DNA from: Sumerlaeia bacterium
GTDB lineage: Bacteria; Sumerlaeota; Sumerlaeia; SLMS01; JAHLLQ01
Assembly: GCA_040219255.1 (NCBI GenBank)
Contig: JAVJSW010000043.1
Coordinates: forward strand, 1 to 60,387
Direction of reading: 5' to 3'
DNA length: 60,387 nucleotides
Translations under genes and position numbers: made by a program
Notes under the pieces: generated by a model
Databases searched by the model: none
Told to the model about the DNA's origin: nothing
Seen by the model: the letters and a program-made list of their open reading frames with translations, nothing else
In this document: in pieces, positions 50,161-59,610 of the stretch
How the letters are laid out: each line of letters starts with the position of its first letter
How positions within the stretch are numbered: position 1 is the first letter of the stretch

Positions 50161-51405
50161 ATGAATCTTCCCACCACATCTCGCTTCCGGCGCCATCTCG
50201 GCCTCACCGCCATCCTGTCCGCCTTCATGCTGCTCTGCGGCAACACCTTCGCGATCAGCTTGTCGCAACTGCAAAACGACATCGACTACGTGATTAACAA
50301 CTCGAACTCGAACGTGCAATGGTCCGTCAAGGTCGAGAACAACGATGGAAACGGCGATTTTTACAGCAAGAATCCCACGACCATGCGGCGCCCGGCGTCG
50401 AACACCAAGCTTTTCACCGTCGCCGCCGCGTTCAACAAGTACGGCTCGAGCCATGTCTGGAACGGCTACGCGCTCGGGTCCAGCTCTTCCTACTCGCCGG
50501 TGCATTACATCCTTGCCAACAGCAACAACAGCTACGCCGATTCCCTCTGGTCGCACGTCGGGGGCGAGAGCGCCTGCCTCAATGAAATCGCCCAGATCAC
50601 CAGCACCAGTGGCATGCAGATCAACGACGGTTCCGGCCTGAACTATGGCAACCGTTTCAACTGCGAGCAGACGATCGACGTCGTGCGCCACATGCAGAAC
50701 ACCTACGGTTGGTCCGCTTACTCCAGCCACCTTGCCCGCGCCTGCGTCCAGGGCACTCTCGCCAGCCGCCTCTGCGGTGGCGATACCTACGGCCGCGTGT
50801 ACGCCAAGACCGGCACCCTGACGAACGGCCAGACGCTGTCACTCTCGGGCTTCCTGGATAACAAGTATGACGGCAAGCGCTACTACTTCTCGATCTACTG
50901 CAACAGCGTCCCGTCCTACGCCCAGAGTGACACCCGCAGCCGCATGGACACCATCGTCGGCTACCTCGGCCAGTCGGGCATGCCCAGCGTCGGCGGCGTC
51001 GAAGTGATCGTGGACAACGACACCAGCGCCTTCATCCAGTCCGGCAACTGGTGGGCCAGCAGCTCGACGTCGGGCTACTACGGCAGCAACTACCGCGTTC
51101 GCGCCACCGGTTCCGTCTCCGACGCCGCTTACTGGCGTGGCACCATCCCGAGCGACGGCAACTACGAAGTCTTCGTGCGCTACACCTCGGGCAGCAACCG
51201 CGCCACCTCCGCCCCCTACATCGTTTATCACACCGGTGGCAGCACCACCAAGTACGTGAACCAGCAGTCCGGAGGCGGCTCATGGCAGAGCCTTGGCGTC
51301 TTCAACCTCTACCAGGGCTCCACAGCCAACCGCGTGGCGCTATCCTGCTGGACAGGCTCGGGCACCTATGTCATCGCTGACGCTGTCAAGTTCGTGAAGC
51401 AGTAA
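50161..51405 (+). CDS. compact secreted S13 peptidase with golvesin-like domain, copy 2
   Basis: PASNTK, SNN, DGSGL, AKTGTL; close paralog of copy 1. Confidence 0.88.
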   Translation: MNLPTTSRFRRHLGLTAILSAFMLLCGNTFAISLSQLQNDIDYVINNSNSNVQWSVKVENNDGNGDFYSKNPTTMRRPASNTKLFTVAAAFNKYGSSHVWNGYALGSSSSYSPVHYILANSNNSYADSLWSHVGGESACLNEIAQITSTSGMQINDGSGLNYGNRFNCEQTIDVVRHMQNTYGWSAYSSHLARACVQGTLASRLCGGDTYGRVYAKTGTLTNGQTLSLSGFLDNKYDGKRYYFSIYCNSVPSYAQSDTRSRMDTIVGYLGQSGMPSVGGVEVIVDNDTSAFIQSGNWWASSSTSGYYGSNYRVRATGSVSDAAYWRGTIPSDGNYEVFVRYTSGSNRATSAPYIVYHTGGSTTKYVNQQSGGGSWQSLGVFNLYQGSTANRVALSCWTGSGTYVIADAVKFVKQ

Positions 51406-51454
51406 GCTCGCGGCTTGACCGCCTCTCCTCACGGCGAGGTTGGAATCAGGAAAT

Positions 51455-51492
51455 CGGCGGGGCTCCTTGTGGGTCCCGCCGGTTTTCTTTTT
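51455..51492 (+). terminator. intrinsic terminator
   Basis: GGCGGGGCTC/GGGTCCCGCC hairpin followed by GGTTTTCTTTTT. Confidence 0.65.
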
Positions 51493-51806
51493 TAGGGGCC
51501 TGCTTCCGAGGCAAGGGCCTCGCGCAGGCGGTCGCTGGAGACGGTGCCGAGGACCCGCCGGACGCGCCCGCCGCCGCGAAAGACGAGCACGGCGGGCGTG
51601 CCGTGGGCGTCGTGGCTGGCGGCCCATTCGCGGTAACGGCCGATTTCGAGCTGGATGACTTCCAGGTCCTCGATCTCGCGGGTCAAGGCCTCGGCCTGCT
51701 CCGCCACGGTTTGCGCGCCGGGATGAAAGGCATCCGTCAGCACCACGGCGACGGTGCCGGTGGCCTGGGCGAGGACTTGGGTGAGGGCGGTTTCTTCGGG
51801 GGTCAT
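51492..51806 (-). CDS. thioredoxin-fold protein lacking CxxC
   Basis: TPAVLVFRGG.RV.R..G pattern of the thioredoxin C-terminal half; no Cys; ATGA overlap with the upstream gene. Confidence 0.6.
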   Translation of the reverse strand: MTPEETALTQVLAQATGTVAVVLTDAFHPGAQTVAEQAEALTREIEDLEVIQLEIGRYREWAASHDAHGTPAVLVFRGGGRVRRVLGTVSSDRLREALASEAGP

Positions 51807-53329
51807 GTTGGCTCCTCCAAATCCTCGCGCGAAATCCCCAGCTTCTTCATCGCGCGGTAGAGCGTCGCCTTATGCACGCCGAGCATTTCCGCTGCGGCGG
51901 TGGCGTTTCCGGCGGCGGAGGCGAAGGCTTCGCGGATGGTGTCTTCGGTCAGTTCGGGTTTTTGCTGGCGGAGCTGGCGCATCGCGGGGCGATCGATGGG
52001 CGCGGCGCCAGGGTCGTGATGGGGCAGAGCGGCCACTGGCCGGCCCCAGTGGGCGTCGCCATAGCGGGCGCCGGGGGCCGGCGGCGCGATGCCTTCCTGG
52101 CCGGCGAAGAACACGCGCGAGGGGGGCTGGTGTGTGGGCGGCGGCGAGGCGTCGAGGCCGCCGAGAACCCGCCGCTCCTCGATCCAGCGCGCCACGGCCT
52201 GGCCCCCGACGGCGTCGCCGAGGGTTTCGACAACGAGGCGCTCGACGCAGTTGCGCAGTTCGCGCACGTTTCCCGGCCAGGGGTAGGTTTCCATCAGGCG
52301 CAGCGCGTCCGGCGTGAAGGCTCGCACCGGCCGGCGGTACTTCCCGGCGTACTGTTTTAAGAACCCATCGGCCAGCAGTGGCAGATCGCCCCGTCGTTCC
52401 CGCAACGCCGGCAAGTGGATGCGCAGGACGCTGAGCCGATGATAGAGGTCGGCGCGAAATCGGCGCGCGGCGACGCCGCTTTCGAGCGCCACGTTCGTCG
52501 CCGCCACAATCCGCACATCGACGCGGATTTCCGATTCGGAACCGACGCGCTCGACGATGCCTTCTTCCAGGGCGCGCAGTAGCTTGGCCTGCGCCATCAG
52601 GGGCATATCGCCGACTTCGTCGAGGAACAGCGTCCCGCCGTCGGCGCGCTCGAAGCGGCCCTTGTGCTGGCGATGGGCGCCGGTGAAGGAGCCGCGTTCG
52701 TGGCCGAAGAATTCGCTTTCAAACAATTCATCGCTCAGCGCCGAACAATTCACCGGAACGAACGGCCCATCGGCCCGTTCGCTGCGCTCGTGGACGGCTT
52801 TGGCGACGAGTTCCTTGCCCGTGCCGGTCTCGCCTGTGATCAGCACGGGCGCCTCGGTCGGGGCATAGAGTGAGATTTTTTGATACACCTCGAGCATGGC
52901 GTGGCTCTGGCCGACCAGCCCGTGGTACGCGCCGATGCCCACCGCGCGGCGGCGATGGCGCTTGGCTTCGGTGACATCGTGGGCGGTCAGCTCGACGGCG
53001 GCGGGGCCCTGCGGCGCGCCCTCCAGCATGACGGAGAGGGGCTGCTGGCCGTCCTCGCCGTGGCGGGCGAATTCCAGGAGGTAGTTGGAGAGGCGCTCGC
53101 GTTCCTCGGCCAAATCCCGCGCCACCGCCGCCAGAGGCCACAGCGGATGACCGCGCCGCAGCGGCAGGGGCAGTTTCGGGCGCAGGTCCAGGACGCCGTC
53201 GAGCAGCCACGGCGGCGCTTCCTCGAGGCGCCACACGCCCTCCTCGCCGCGCGCCAGCCGCACACGATTCGCGCGCGGCGACAGGATCAGCGCGTCGTTT
53301 GCTGGCGAAGCGGGGAAGTCGAGTGGCAC
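51803..53329 (-). CDS. sigma-54-dependent transcriptional activator (bEBP) with Fis HTH
   Basis: GETGTGKE, ESEFFGHERGSFTGA, GGTLFLDEVG, FRADLYHRL, WPGNVREL, AAEMLGVHKATLY. Confidence 0.93.
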   Translation of the reverse strand: MPLDFPASPANDALILSPRANRVRLARGEEGVWRLEEAPPWLLDGVLDLRPKLPLPLRRGHPLWPLAAVARDLAEERERLSNYLLEFARHGEDGQQPLSVMLEGAPQGPAAVELTAHDVTEAKRHRRRAVGIGAYHGLVGQSHAMLEVYQKISLYAPTEAPVLITGETGTGKELVAKAVHERSERADGPFVPVNCSALSDELFESEFFGHERGSFTGAHRQHKGRFERADGGTLFLDEVGDMPLMAQAKLLRALEEGIVERVGSESEIRVDVRIVAATNVALESGVAARRFRADLYHRLSVLRIHLPALRERRGDLPLLADGFLKQYAGKYRRPVRAFTPDALRLMETYPWPGNVRELRNCVERLVVETLGDAVGGQAVARWIEERRVLGGLDASPPPTHQPPSRVFFAGQEGIAPPAPGARYGDAHWGRPVAALPHHDPGAAPIDRPAMRQLRQQKPELTEDTIREAFASAAGNATAAAEMLGVHKATLYRAMKKLGISREDLEEPT

Positions 53330-53438
53330 GGGCGGAGAGACCTCGGCAGAGTGTTCAGACCGCCCTAGTTACGCCGCCTTTGTGCCAAAGGGCGAGGGGT
53401 TTCGTGTATTGGCGCGGAGAGACGAATCTCGACCGCGG

Positions 53439-56400
53439 CTACTTCAGCACCAGCACCAATTGGTTCGGCTGGCCGGGAGAAATGCGGGTCCATTCGGAGA
53501 CGGCGTATTCCTCTCCGCCGCGTTCGAGGACCGCCCGGTAATCGCCTTCCGGCAGTTGGAAGAAGCGCACGGAACGGCGATCCATGGGGTAGTTGGTGAC
53601 GACGGCGCGGGAGCCGGAGCCGTCCTGGCGATCGATGGTCAGGTTGCCCTGCGCCGCCTCGTCGGTTTCCACGGCAACGATGATATCCGCTTCGCCGGCG
53701 AAGAGGAAGAAGTCCTGCGGGACAGGTTCTTCGCTGGGGCTGATGGAGATAGGGTCACTGACGCGGGTGCGCAGCACGCCATTGGAGATGTAAGGCGTCA
53801 GAACGCCGGGGAAGACTTCCGCGGTGAAGCCGCCGGGTTTCGAGAGGTCGGCCTGAAGGAACGTTTCGTTGCCGGTCGGTTCCGCCAGCATGATGTCGCT
53901 GACACGCTCCATCGGTGCGCCGTTCATGAAGACCTGACCGGTGAGGGTGACGCGGCCCGAGAAGTCGAAGCTCACCTCGGCGCTTTGGCCAGCGGTCAGC
54001 GTCACATCCTTCTGCGCCGAGTCTCCGGTATCGCTGTCGGTGACGGCGATTTTCCAGAAACCGGCGGAGGGAAGTCTGCTCTCGTAGCGGCCACCGGTGG
54101 CCTGGAGAGGTTCGCCCACGGGGGCGCCGCCGTCTTTGAGGAAGAAGATTGTGGCCTCGGCCATGGGTTCGCCACCGAGACCCGTCAGGGTGCCGTAAAC
54201 GGTGGGGGCGGGTTCCAGGACGATCTGAACGGGCGCGGCGCCAGCCTCGCTGAGTACCGCTTCCGTCACTTCCGAGGACATGTCATCGGTCTGTGCCTGA
54301 AGCCGATACGTGCCGGGGGTGATGGGGCCGATGGCGAATCGTCCCATGGCGTCGGTCGCGACCTCGACCTTGCGGGCCCAGGGCGGGCCAGCGTTGGTCT
54401 CCATGCCCAGCGGCGGGTTTTCCAGCGTGACCCGGGCTCCCGGGACGGGGGCGTTGGTGCCGCTCTGGACCACGACGCCCTCGAGAGAGAGGGGTTCCTG
54501 GAGCGGAACGACGATTTCCGAGACGTCGCTGTCGGTGGCGTAGGCGAAGTCGAGGGAGCCTTTGCGGGGAGGCATGCCCTGGGCGCCTTCGAGTTCCGAG
54601 ACCTCGGCGCGGTAGTTGCCCGGCGACATGTCGTCCATCTCGAAGACACCGGCAGGGTCGGTGACGATGGTTTGAGCGACGATGTCCTGGCCCGGGCCAT
54701 TGAAGCGCATGACTTCCCGGCTGAGGCGAATGCGATAATCGGAGCGCAGGGTGCCGTCGGGCTCGCTGACGAGGAAGGTGACGGCGCCCTTGGGGCGCAG
54801 GCGGAAGAGAATCTCGCCGTCGTAGATGCTGACGTTGTGCTTGGTCTGTTCTTCGTAGCCCTCGGCCGAGGCGGTCAGGGTGGCGAGGGGCGTGTCGACC
54901 GGAACGCCATAGATCGTGAAGTAACCGTCCGGATCGGTCTGGCCGGAAAGATAGCTGTCGTTGGTGAAGAGCGTGGCGTTGGCGATGGGCTCGTCCTCCT
55001 CGGTCAAAACGCGGCCCGAGATGTAATCGCCTTCGCTCAACTGGAAGTCCACGTCTTCGCGGACCTCGCCCGGCTTGAGAGTCAGGCGGACGGGCTTGGG
55101 CTCCATGAGTTGAGAGCTGGAGGAAATGCCGACACGGGCCTCGCCAGTCACGGGAGACACGCGTTCGATGACGTATTCACCTTCGGCGTCGGTGTAGCCC
55201 TGCTCTTCGAACTTGCGGGCGGCGTAGGGGGAATTGTCGCGGTCGGTATGCTCGAACATGACCTGCAAATCGGGATAGGGATCGCCATCGGGCCCGGTGA
55301 CGGTGCCCTTGATCTGGGCGTAGGCGTCGAGAACGAGTTCGATTTCCTCCCCTTCGCGTGGCGTCACCGTCTTGGCGAGAATACCCTTCTCGGACGAGGT
55401 TGCCAGATGGATCGGGGCCCCGATGTAGGCGGTGAAAGCGAAGCGTCCGGCCTCGTCGGTCATGGCGTCGCCATAGATCGGGCCGGTGTAGAAGACGGGA
55501 TTGTCGGGCACGACGGTCTGGCCGTCGGGTTCATAGACGATGCCCTTGATTTCGTTGCCTCGGCGCAACTCGCCGCGGACCTCGACGGTCTTGCCGGGGC
55601 GGATGCCGCTGACGATCAGGCTGTCCTGGGTCAAGGGGGCGTCGATTTTCTTGCGGCCTTCGTCGGCCGGCAGCCAGGGCGTTGGCAGATCGAGGGGGAT
55701 GCGGAGGGACGATCCGGGCTCTCCCACGTCTTCTACGTAGAGGTTCACTTCGAACCGGCCGTCTTCGTCGCTGCGCACCTGGAAGGCTTCCGACTGATAG
55801 GTCATGTCGCCAAGCATTGTCATCAGGCGCACGCCTTTGACACCTTCGCCGGTTTCGATGTCGACGAACTGGCCGCGGATGGTGGCCGGTTCGGGCAGTT
55901 TCAGGTTCACGACCTTGTCGGCGCCGCGGGTGAGGGCCACTTCCTCGCGCACGACCGCATCGAAGCCGAGCGTCATCTCCGATTGGGTGCTGGCTTTGAC
56001 TTCGTAGTTGCCGCTGGGCAGGTCGGGAAACCGATAGGCACCTGTGGAATCGGTCAGGGATTCCAGGTTTCGCACGAGGCGCACGGCGGTGTTCGGACCG
56101 GGCCGGGGCGAGAGTTCGACGCGAACGTTTTCGGCGGCGCGGCCGTCGTGCTGGGTGACACGGCCGCGCAGGCTGGCCTCGCGGCCGATGAGGACGATTT
56201 CGACACCGGCGGAGCCGGCGGGGACGGGTTCGGATTCGCCGGGGGCGAAGCCGCTGGCTGTGGCTGGGAGAGTATGCTCTTTGTCGTCGCCCAACTCCAT
56301 ACCCATCAGGGTGAAATTGCCCTGGCCGTCCGTCCGGGTCCAGGACGACGGATGGGGACCGGCTTCCACGATCTGATCGCCAGGACGTTTCGTGATGATC

Positions 56401-57098
56401 AGGTCGCCGACCTGGGCGCCGCCAATCGGTTCGCCTTCCTGATCGACGACCTTGCCGGAAATGGGGGCGCCCTTATTGATGCGGATCGTGGCCCGCAGCT
56501 TGTCGTCGAGGCCTTCTCCCTCGGGGAAAAGGGCGATGACCGACGTGTAGCCATCCGCCACGACACGCCAGCCAACGACCTGGTTCTCGTAAACGTCGAC
56601 CGGATCGAATTGAAAGCGGCCTTCCGGATCGCTCTGGGTTTGCTGGAGAAGCGTCGGATAGGCGTCGCCGAGTTGGAAGACGCCCTTTTGGAGCATGTAG
56701 CTCTCGATGGTCGCGCCAGCCACGGGCTGGAGCGAGTCGGAGTCCAGAATGCGGCCGTGGAACGGCTCCTGAGTGAATTCTTCTTCAGAGGTCTGGGGCA
56801 GCCCCGGCTCGGGAGGCAGGGGTTCGGTGCGCTCCGCATCGGCGGCGCCCGAGTCTCCCCCACCGCGCACGGAACTGGACGAGGAGGAGCCACGCTTTTC
56901 GACGCGGGCACGGGACGTTTCCGTTTCGCTGGCGGACTCGGTGGCGGTTGCGTCTTCTTTGCCGCGCAGCATCCAAAACCCGCCAATCACCACGACAGCG
57001 GCAATGATGAGGATGGGAATGAGAGGCTTGGACTTCTGATTCGGAGCGGGCACGGGATCGAGCCTTTCAGGGAGAACGAGTTGAGTGAGTGTTGGCAC
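53439..57098 (-). CDS. membrane-anchored carboxypeptidase-regulatory-like (beta-sandwich) repeat protein
   Basis: N-terminal TM helix; repeated ISG.V.D..G.P...A.V and TD..G.F/Y motifs. Confidence 0.85.
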   Translation of the reverse strand: MPTLTQLVLPERLDPVPAPNQKSKPLIPILIIAAVVVIGGFWMLRGKEDATATESASETETSRARVEKRGSSSSSSVRGGGDSGAADAERTEPLPPEPGLPQTSEEEFTQEPFHGRILDSDSLQPVAGATIESYMLQKGVFQLGDAYPTLLQQTQSDPEGRFQFDPVDVYENQVVGWRVVADGYTSVIALFPEGEGLDDKLRATIRINKGAPISGKVVDQEGEPIGGAQVGDLIITKRPGDQIVEAGPHPSSWTRTDGQGNFTLMGMELGDDKEHTLPATASGFAPGESEPVPAGSAGVEIVLIGREASLRGRVTQHDGRAAENVRVELSPRPGPNTAVRLVRNLESLTDSTGAYRFPDLPSGNYEVKASTQSEMTLGFDAVVREEVALTRGADKVVNLKLPEPATIRGQFVDIETGEGVKGVRLMTMLGDMTYQSEAFQVRSDEDGRFEVNLYVEDVGEPGSSLRIPLDLPTPWLPADEGRKKIDAPLTQDSLIVSGIRPGKTVEVRGELRRGNEIKGIVYEPDGQTVVPDNPVFYTGPIYGDAMTDEAGRFAFTAYIGAPIHLATSSEKGILAKTVTPREGEEIELVLDAYAQIKGTVTGPDGDPYPDLQVMFEHTDRDNSPYAARKFEEQGYTDAEGEYVIERVSPVTGEARVGISSSSQLMEPKPVRLTLKPGEVREDVDFQLSEGDYISGRVLTEEDEPIANATLFTNDSYLSGQTDPDGYFTIYGVPVDTPLATLTASAEGYEEQTKHNVSIYDGEILFRLRPKGAVTFLVSEPDGTLRSDYRIRLSREVMRFNGPGQDIVAQTIVTDPAGVFEMDDMSPGNYRAEVSELEGAQGMPPRKGSLDFAYATDSDVSEIVVPLQEPLSLEGVVVQSGTNAPVPGARVTLENPPLGMETNAGPPWARKVEVATDAMGRFAIGPITPGTYRLQAQTDDMSSEVTEAVLSEAGAAPVQIVLEPAPTVYGTLTGLGGEPMAEATIFFLKDGGAPVGEPLQATGGRYESRLPSAGFWKIAVTDSDTGDSAQKDVTLTAGQSAEVSFDFSGRVTLTGQVFMNGAPMERVSDIMLAEPTGNETFLQADLSKPGGFTAEVFPGVLTPYISNGVLRTRVSDPISISPSEEPVPQDFFLFAGEADIIVAVETDEAAQGNLTIDRQDGSGSRAVVTNYPMDRRSVRFFQLPEGDYRAVLERGGEEYAVSEWTRISPGQPNQLVLVLK

Positions 57099-57172
57099 AG
57101 GCGGCCAAGGCGGTACAAATCAAAAAGGAACGCTTCCGGAAGGAAGTTCCGCGGAGGGCGCTCGAAGGCATG

Positions 57173-57203
57173 AAAAATGGGGTCTCCCGGCTTGGAAGAC
57201 CCC
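57173..57203 (-). terminator. intrinsic terminator of amylase 1
   Basis: GGGGTCT/AGACCCC hairpin followed by ATTTTT on the minus strand. Confidence 0.6.
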
Positions 57204-57274
57204 CTGGTGACTCACGCGGAGAGAGTCAAGTTGGAGAGCGGGGAGAGATCAGGCTCTCTCGGACCATCCGGGAT

Positions 57275-58681
57275 TTAGTAGCCGTCGGGAGCGTAGACAG
57301 CGTAGCCGCGGGGGGGAGCCCAAACCTGAACCCAGCCGTTGCTCTGGCACCATTGGTTGCCGGGCTGATAGTTCTGGCCGCTGTTCGTCGAGTACCAAGC
57401 GTAGGCCTTCAGGCTCTTGTTGCGAAGTTGGCCGTTGGAGGTGTTCACCCAGGCGCCGCGCCAGTTGTAGCTGTCGTCGTTGATGACCGCGATGTAACCG
57501 GGATTGCCGCCCCAACCACTCGAGTCGCCGAAGATCAGCAGGTTGCCATCGTCCGTCTTCATGTTCTGGACATCCGGGCCACCCTGGCCAAGCTTCTCAC
57601 GAACCCAGGTCAGTTGCTTGATGCCGTTGCCCCACTGGCCGCCCATGTCGTCCAGGTTGTAGTCGAAGAAGTCCTTCCAGTACGTGCAGGGATAGCCCTG
57701 GTAGGTGTAGAGGTAAGCGTAGGCGAGGTGCTTGTGGTTGGTGATTTCGTGGGTGTCGTGGTTCTCGGCGAAGCCGACCGCGCGCCACTTGTTCTTGGCG
57801 GAGAAGGACTTGCTCTGATTGACCAGGTCGGGCAGGTAGCCGCCGCCGCCGGTGTTGTTGCAGATGCCGGCCAGAGTGTAGTAAGCCGCGAAGTCGAAGG
57901 CGGAGGAGTCAGCCGAGCCGGCCCACCAGTCCAGATAGTTCACATTCGCATCCCAAAGTTCGCCGACGCCGTACATCCAGCCGGTGTACTGGCGGAAATC
58001 CTTGGCCATCCAGGGGCCGAAGCCCTTGACGAAGTCGAAGCGCCAGCCGCCGTTGAAGCCCGCGTTGCTGTTGCCCTTCATCCAGTTGCCCCAGGCGGTC
58101 AGGTCGTTCCAGACGTAGGGGTTGCGATGGCAAACGTCCGGGTAGCCGCCGAAAGCGCCTTCATCCGAGCCCCAGTAAGAAGAGGGGTGGAATTCGTTGT
58201 AGTGCCAAAGGGCCATGCCGGACTGCTGGTACTGGAAGTTCGTCCAGGTGTTGTAGCCGACGTTGGGGTTGTACTCGGACGAGCCGCCAGAGCGGTGGTT
58301 GATGATGATGTCGGCCATCGTCGTGACGCCCTTGTTGCGGTACGAAGCGGTCGCGGCGGTCAGTTCGGCCTTGGTGCCGAAGCGGGTGGCGGTCCAACCG
58401 TGCTGGTTGTAGTTGCCGACGTCGTAGTAGTCAGCCGGGTCGTAACCCATCGAGAAGCCGCCGCCCTGGCCCTTGCTGGAGGGCGGGAACCAGATACGGT
58501 CGGCGCCGTAGCCGCCGTTCTGATAGCGGATGGCATTCGAGTTCTGGCTCATGATGTTGTACCAGCCACCGGGGGTATCCCAGAAGAAGCCCTGGAACAT
58601 CGAGCCAGCGTCGGAAACAGCGGCGGGCGCCGTGAAGGCGGCGGCGGCGAGAGAGAGGGCGAGGAGACGTGTATTCTTCAT
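57275..58681 (-). CDS. secreted GH13 alpha-amylase (GH13_7-like)
   Basis: Signal peptide; SMGYDP.DYYDVG, TRFG, ADIIINHR, GWRFDFVKGF, VGELWD, FAENHDT. Confidence 0.92.
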   Translation of the reverse strand: MKNTRLLALSLAAAAFTAPAAVSDAGSMFQGFFWDTPGGWYNIMSQNSNAIRYQNGGYGADRIWFPPSSKGQGGGFSMGYDPADYYDVGNYNQHGWTATRFGTKAELTAATASYRNKGVTTMADIIINHRSGGSSEYNPNVGYNTWTNFQYQQSGMALWHYNEFHPSSYWGSDEGAFGGYPDVCHRNPYVWNDLTAWGNWMKGNSNAGFNGGWRFDFVKGFGPWMAKDFRQYTGWMYGVGELWDANVNYLDWWAGSADSSAFDFAAYYTLAGICNNTGGGGYLPDLVNQSKSFSAKNKWRAVGFAENHDTHEITNHKHLAYAYLYTYQGYPCTYWKDFFDYNLDDMGGQWGNGIKQLTWVREKLGQGGPDVQNMKTDDGNLLIFGDSSGWGGNPGYIAVINDDSYNWRGAWVNTSNGQLRNKSLKAYAWYSTNSGQNYQPGNQWCQSNGWVQVWAPPRGYAVYAPDGY

Positions 58682-59521
58682 TTGAGTTCTCTTTCTTCTT
58701 CGCGAGGCCGTAGGGTGGAAGCCATCTGGCGAAGCGATGGAATTTGGTGACCGGAGCGTTTCTCGTCTTGTTTGCGTTACAGAAGAGGTTTGCAACCGGC
58801 TGATGTAAAGGGTTTATGAAATGCCGCGCTTCCTGACAAGCACTTTATCCGAGTTTTTTTTCCGCAGGCTCGAATTCGCCCGCTAAAGCCGTTTGGCGAC
58901 GAGGCTGAAAGAAAGGCCTTTATAGAACATAAGTGATGTTATTTCAGCATTTTGCATCGATGCGACAAATCTTTCTACGTCCCTGAAATTATGACACAAC
59001 TTGCTTGGACTTTTCCTCCAAGATGCTCTTTTCCGACCGTGGATTTACCCGTGGCAAAAGTTGATTTCCTTGTCGATCACTGATAATACGCCACTTACTC
59101 ATTCGCAGCAATCGTCGCCAAAAACACCGCAACTGCGGCATGCGTTGCAAAAGTCTTTTGCAACTGCTCCAACTGCTGTCGGCAGTTGCAAGTCCCTCAA
59201 AATGCAGAACTTGGCCGGATGCGCTATCACACTCACCGGTTGTAATGAGGATAGAGTTTCTCCTCGATCTTGTCAAAGCGCTTGAATTTCCACGAAAGCC
59301 GAGGGCAAGGGCGGCGACCTGGAGACCGAAAAGGACCTCGGGAAGGCCGGGGCGATGGCTGGACGATCATGCCCCGGTAGCGATCCGTGTCGCGATTGGG
59401 GGTCCAGGGTGTCGGTTCGCGGCCGGGCCGGGAAGAGTGGCGCGGTTCGGATCGGATGCCGAGAGGGGCGGCGGGGGCTCGGCTGCTTCCGGTTCTCGCT
59501 CGGCTCGGTTGGGAAATGGGC

Positions 59522-59557
59522 AAAAAAAGGGCCCCGCGCTGGTGAGAGCGCGGGGCC
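59522..59557 (-). terminator. intrinsic terminator of amylase 2
   Basis: GGCCCCGCGCT/AGCGCGGGGCC stem followed by a T7 run on the minus strand. Confidence 0.85.
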
Positions 59558-59610
59558 GGAGGTGTGACGAGTGTGCTTTCCCTATTAAGGGGAGAGCCTG
59601 GGGGCCGGGT

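Noticed and set aside
53382-57173. 1263-aa plus-strand ORF and similar long antisense ORFs (42471-45353, 30972-33395, 37985-40099, 21944-24013)
   Set aside because: They lie opposite well-supported genes; stop-free antisense frames are expected with high GC3; the translations show no motifs
57275-57320. Amylase C-termini ending in Y (YAPDGY/YAPTGY) as further WxxY tails
   Set aside because: They are part of the GH13 C-domain terminal strand and have no Trp three residues before the final Tyr
59001-59285. Short ORFs in the inter-amylase gap
   Set aside because: Atypical codon use, no RBS, non-ATG starts and no motifs
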